Origin: the human T2T-CHM13v2.0 reference genome, Homo sapiens
Strand: one strand, 5' to 3'
Length of the DNA: 64,000 bases
Assembly (NCBI RefSeq): GCF_009914755.1
Contig: NC_060940.1
Part shown: piece by piece, positions 62,584 to 64,000 of the stretch
Position numbering within the stretch: position 1 is the first letter of the stretch
Layout of the letters: every line of letters starts with the position of its first letter
Position numbers and translations under genes: made by a program
Notes under the pieces: model-generated
Told to the model about the DNA's origin: nothing
Databases searched by the model: none
What the model saw: only the letters and a program-made list of their open reading frames with translations

Positions 62584-64000
62584 GTAAGCTTTGCTGGGAC
62601 CACGGGGCTCAGGTGGATCTGTGCATTGCTCCTTCTGATTTGTGCTAAGTTGTTAAATAAGAGGGACCCTGAGAAAGGCCTTACTCTAAGATGTGAAAAA
62701 CAGTTCATTTTTTGTTGTCATTTAATTCTTTTATGGTTTTATTACGTTTAATTTTGGATTAATCTGGAATTTATATTATAGCATAGTATTGAGAAAGGTG
62801 GGGATTCACTTAATTTTTTCTCGAATGGCAGCCAGCTATACCAATATCGCTCACTCAACAATCCATTTTCCCACAGTTTTCAAACTTTTATCACAGAAAA
62901 TTAATAGCTAATTTTTTTAGGGTCCTTAATATGTGCCAATTATTATTGTATGCCCCTTAAATGTGCCATCTCAACTAATCCTCCCCATCAGCACCAAGTC
63001 TCCTTAGTTTAGCTTTATACTGACTATCTGAAAACTAAAGAGGGACCAAGGGTACTTCTTTAGTCCCCCCGCCCTTGGAATTTTCCTAGCAATTCTCATA
63101 TTCGTTTATTTGTCTTGATGAACTTTTCTATCATTTCATCAAAGTAAGAGAAAAATTCTCTTGATATTTTGACAGGGCCAGCATTGAATTTATAAATTTA
63201 GGAGGTTATCTGACTATAGGCACACACCACCAGGCCTGGCTAATTTATTTTTTGTAGAGATGAGGTCTCACTATGTTGCCCAGGCTGGTCTTGAGCTCCT
63301 GGGCTCCAGTGAGCTGCCACTTCAGTCTCCCAAAGTGCTGGGATTATAGGCACAAGCCACCACGCCCAGCCTTCTCTTCTTAATACAGGGTTCTCCCTTA
63401 TCTCCACAGAATGAGCTATTTGGTTTTAAATCCTTTGTTGATAATTTGTAATGAAAAGATTATTGAAGTTTAAACACATTTGACCTTGTCCCAGGACCCT
63501 AGGCCCTAATCCTTGCCTTCTAGGATTCTTTTGTTCCAGAAGCTAATGCTGTCTTATGTCTGGATGGATCCATTTTGCTAGTTTCCAGGTCCAACACCTG
63601 ACTTCAGAGGCCTGAAATGCTACAATTTCTCCCTCTGGCTCAAAATTCTTCCATGGGGAGAGAGTTAGATTCCATTATTTATTGACATTATTTAGTCCAG
63701 ATGGGTAGGGATCCAATTGCTAGTTAGCATTTCTCAGGCCTGAGGACAGTGAGATGGTTCTGAAGGCGTTTCCCCCATTTGTATGCCAGGCAGTCGGGAC
63801 CCAGGTCTAACCCCTCTCTAGGACACCGTGTAATCCATGTTAAGGTTGCTGCACTGAAGTGAGGAGGGCCTCAGCATCTGCCTTTTTCTAAAGTGCTTGC
63901 AACAAGGGGGAGGCATTGAGTGGAGGAAGGGCTGCAACAGAAGGGGGAAAGATGCTACCCTGAGGGTTAATGTACCTCAGGGTACATCAAGGAATGGACC

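Overview
Human-type genomic DNA, recognisable as the ESRP2 / PLA2G15 / SLC7A6 locus (16q22.1 from prior knowledge). It holds the 5' half of ESRP2 on the minus strand (coding exons 1-9, with the mirtron MIR6773 and an alternative 43-nt intron), the complete PLA2G15 gene on the plus strand (6 coding exons, 1239 nt = 412 aa), and the 5' part of SLC7A6/y+LAT2 on the plus strand (2 non-coding exons plus 6 coding exons to c.1119). Introns are very Alu-rich and contain a 5'-truncated SVA, a 3'-truncated U6 retrocopy, LTRs, MER20, MIR and old L1 pieces. I found no new protein-coding gene or prokaryote-like system; most ORF-track entries are Alu or GC-rich artefacts. The best leads are RNA-level features of SLC7A6: a (UG)21-containing candidate cryptic exon whose frame depends on repeat length, an Alu-flanked start-codon exon that could circularise and encode a 203-aa variant, a 70-aa uORF overlapping the main start, and an SVA poly-T expansion that creates a poison-exon acceptor. 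All of these are sequence-based hypotheses needing RNA data. Repeat family names are by eye, without RepeatMasker.
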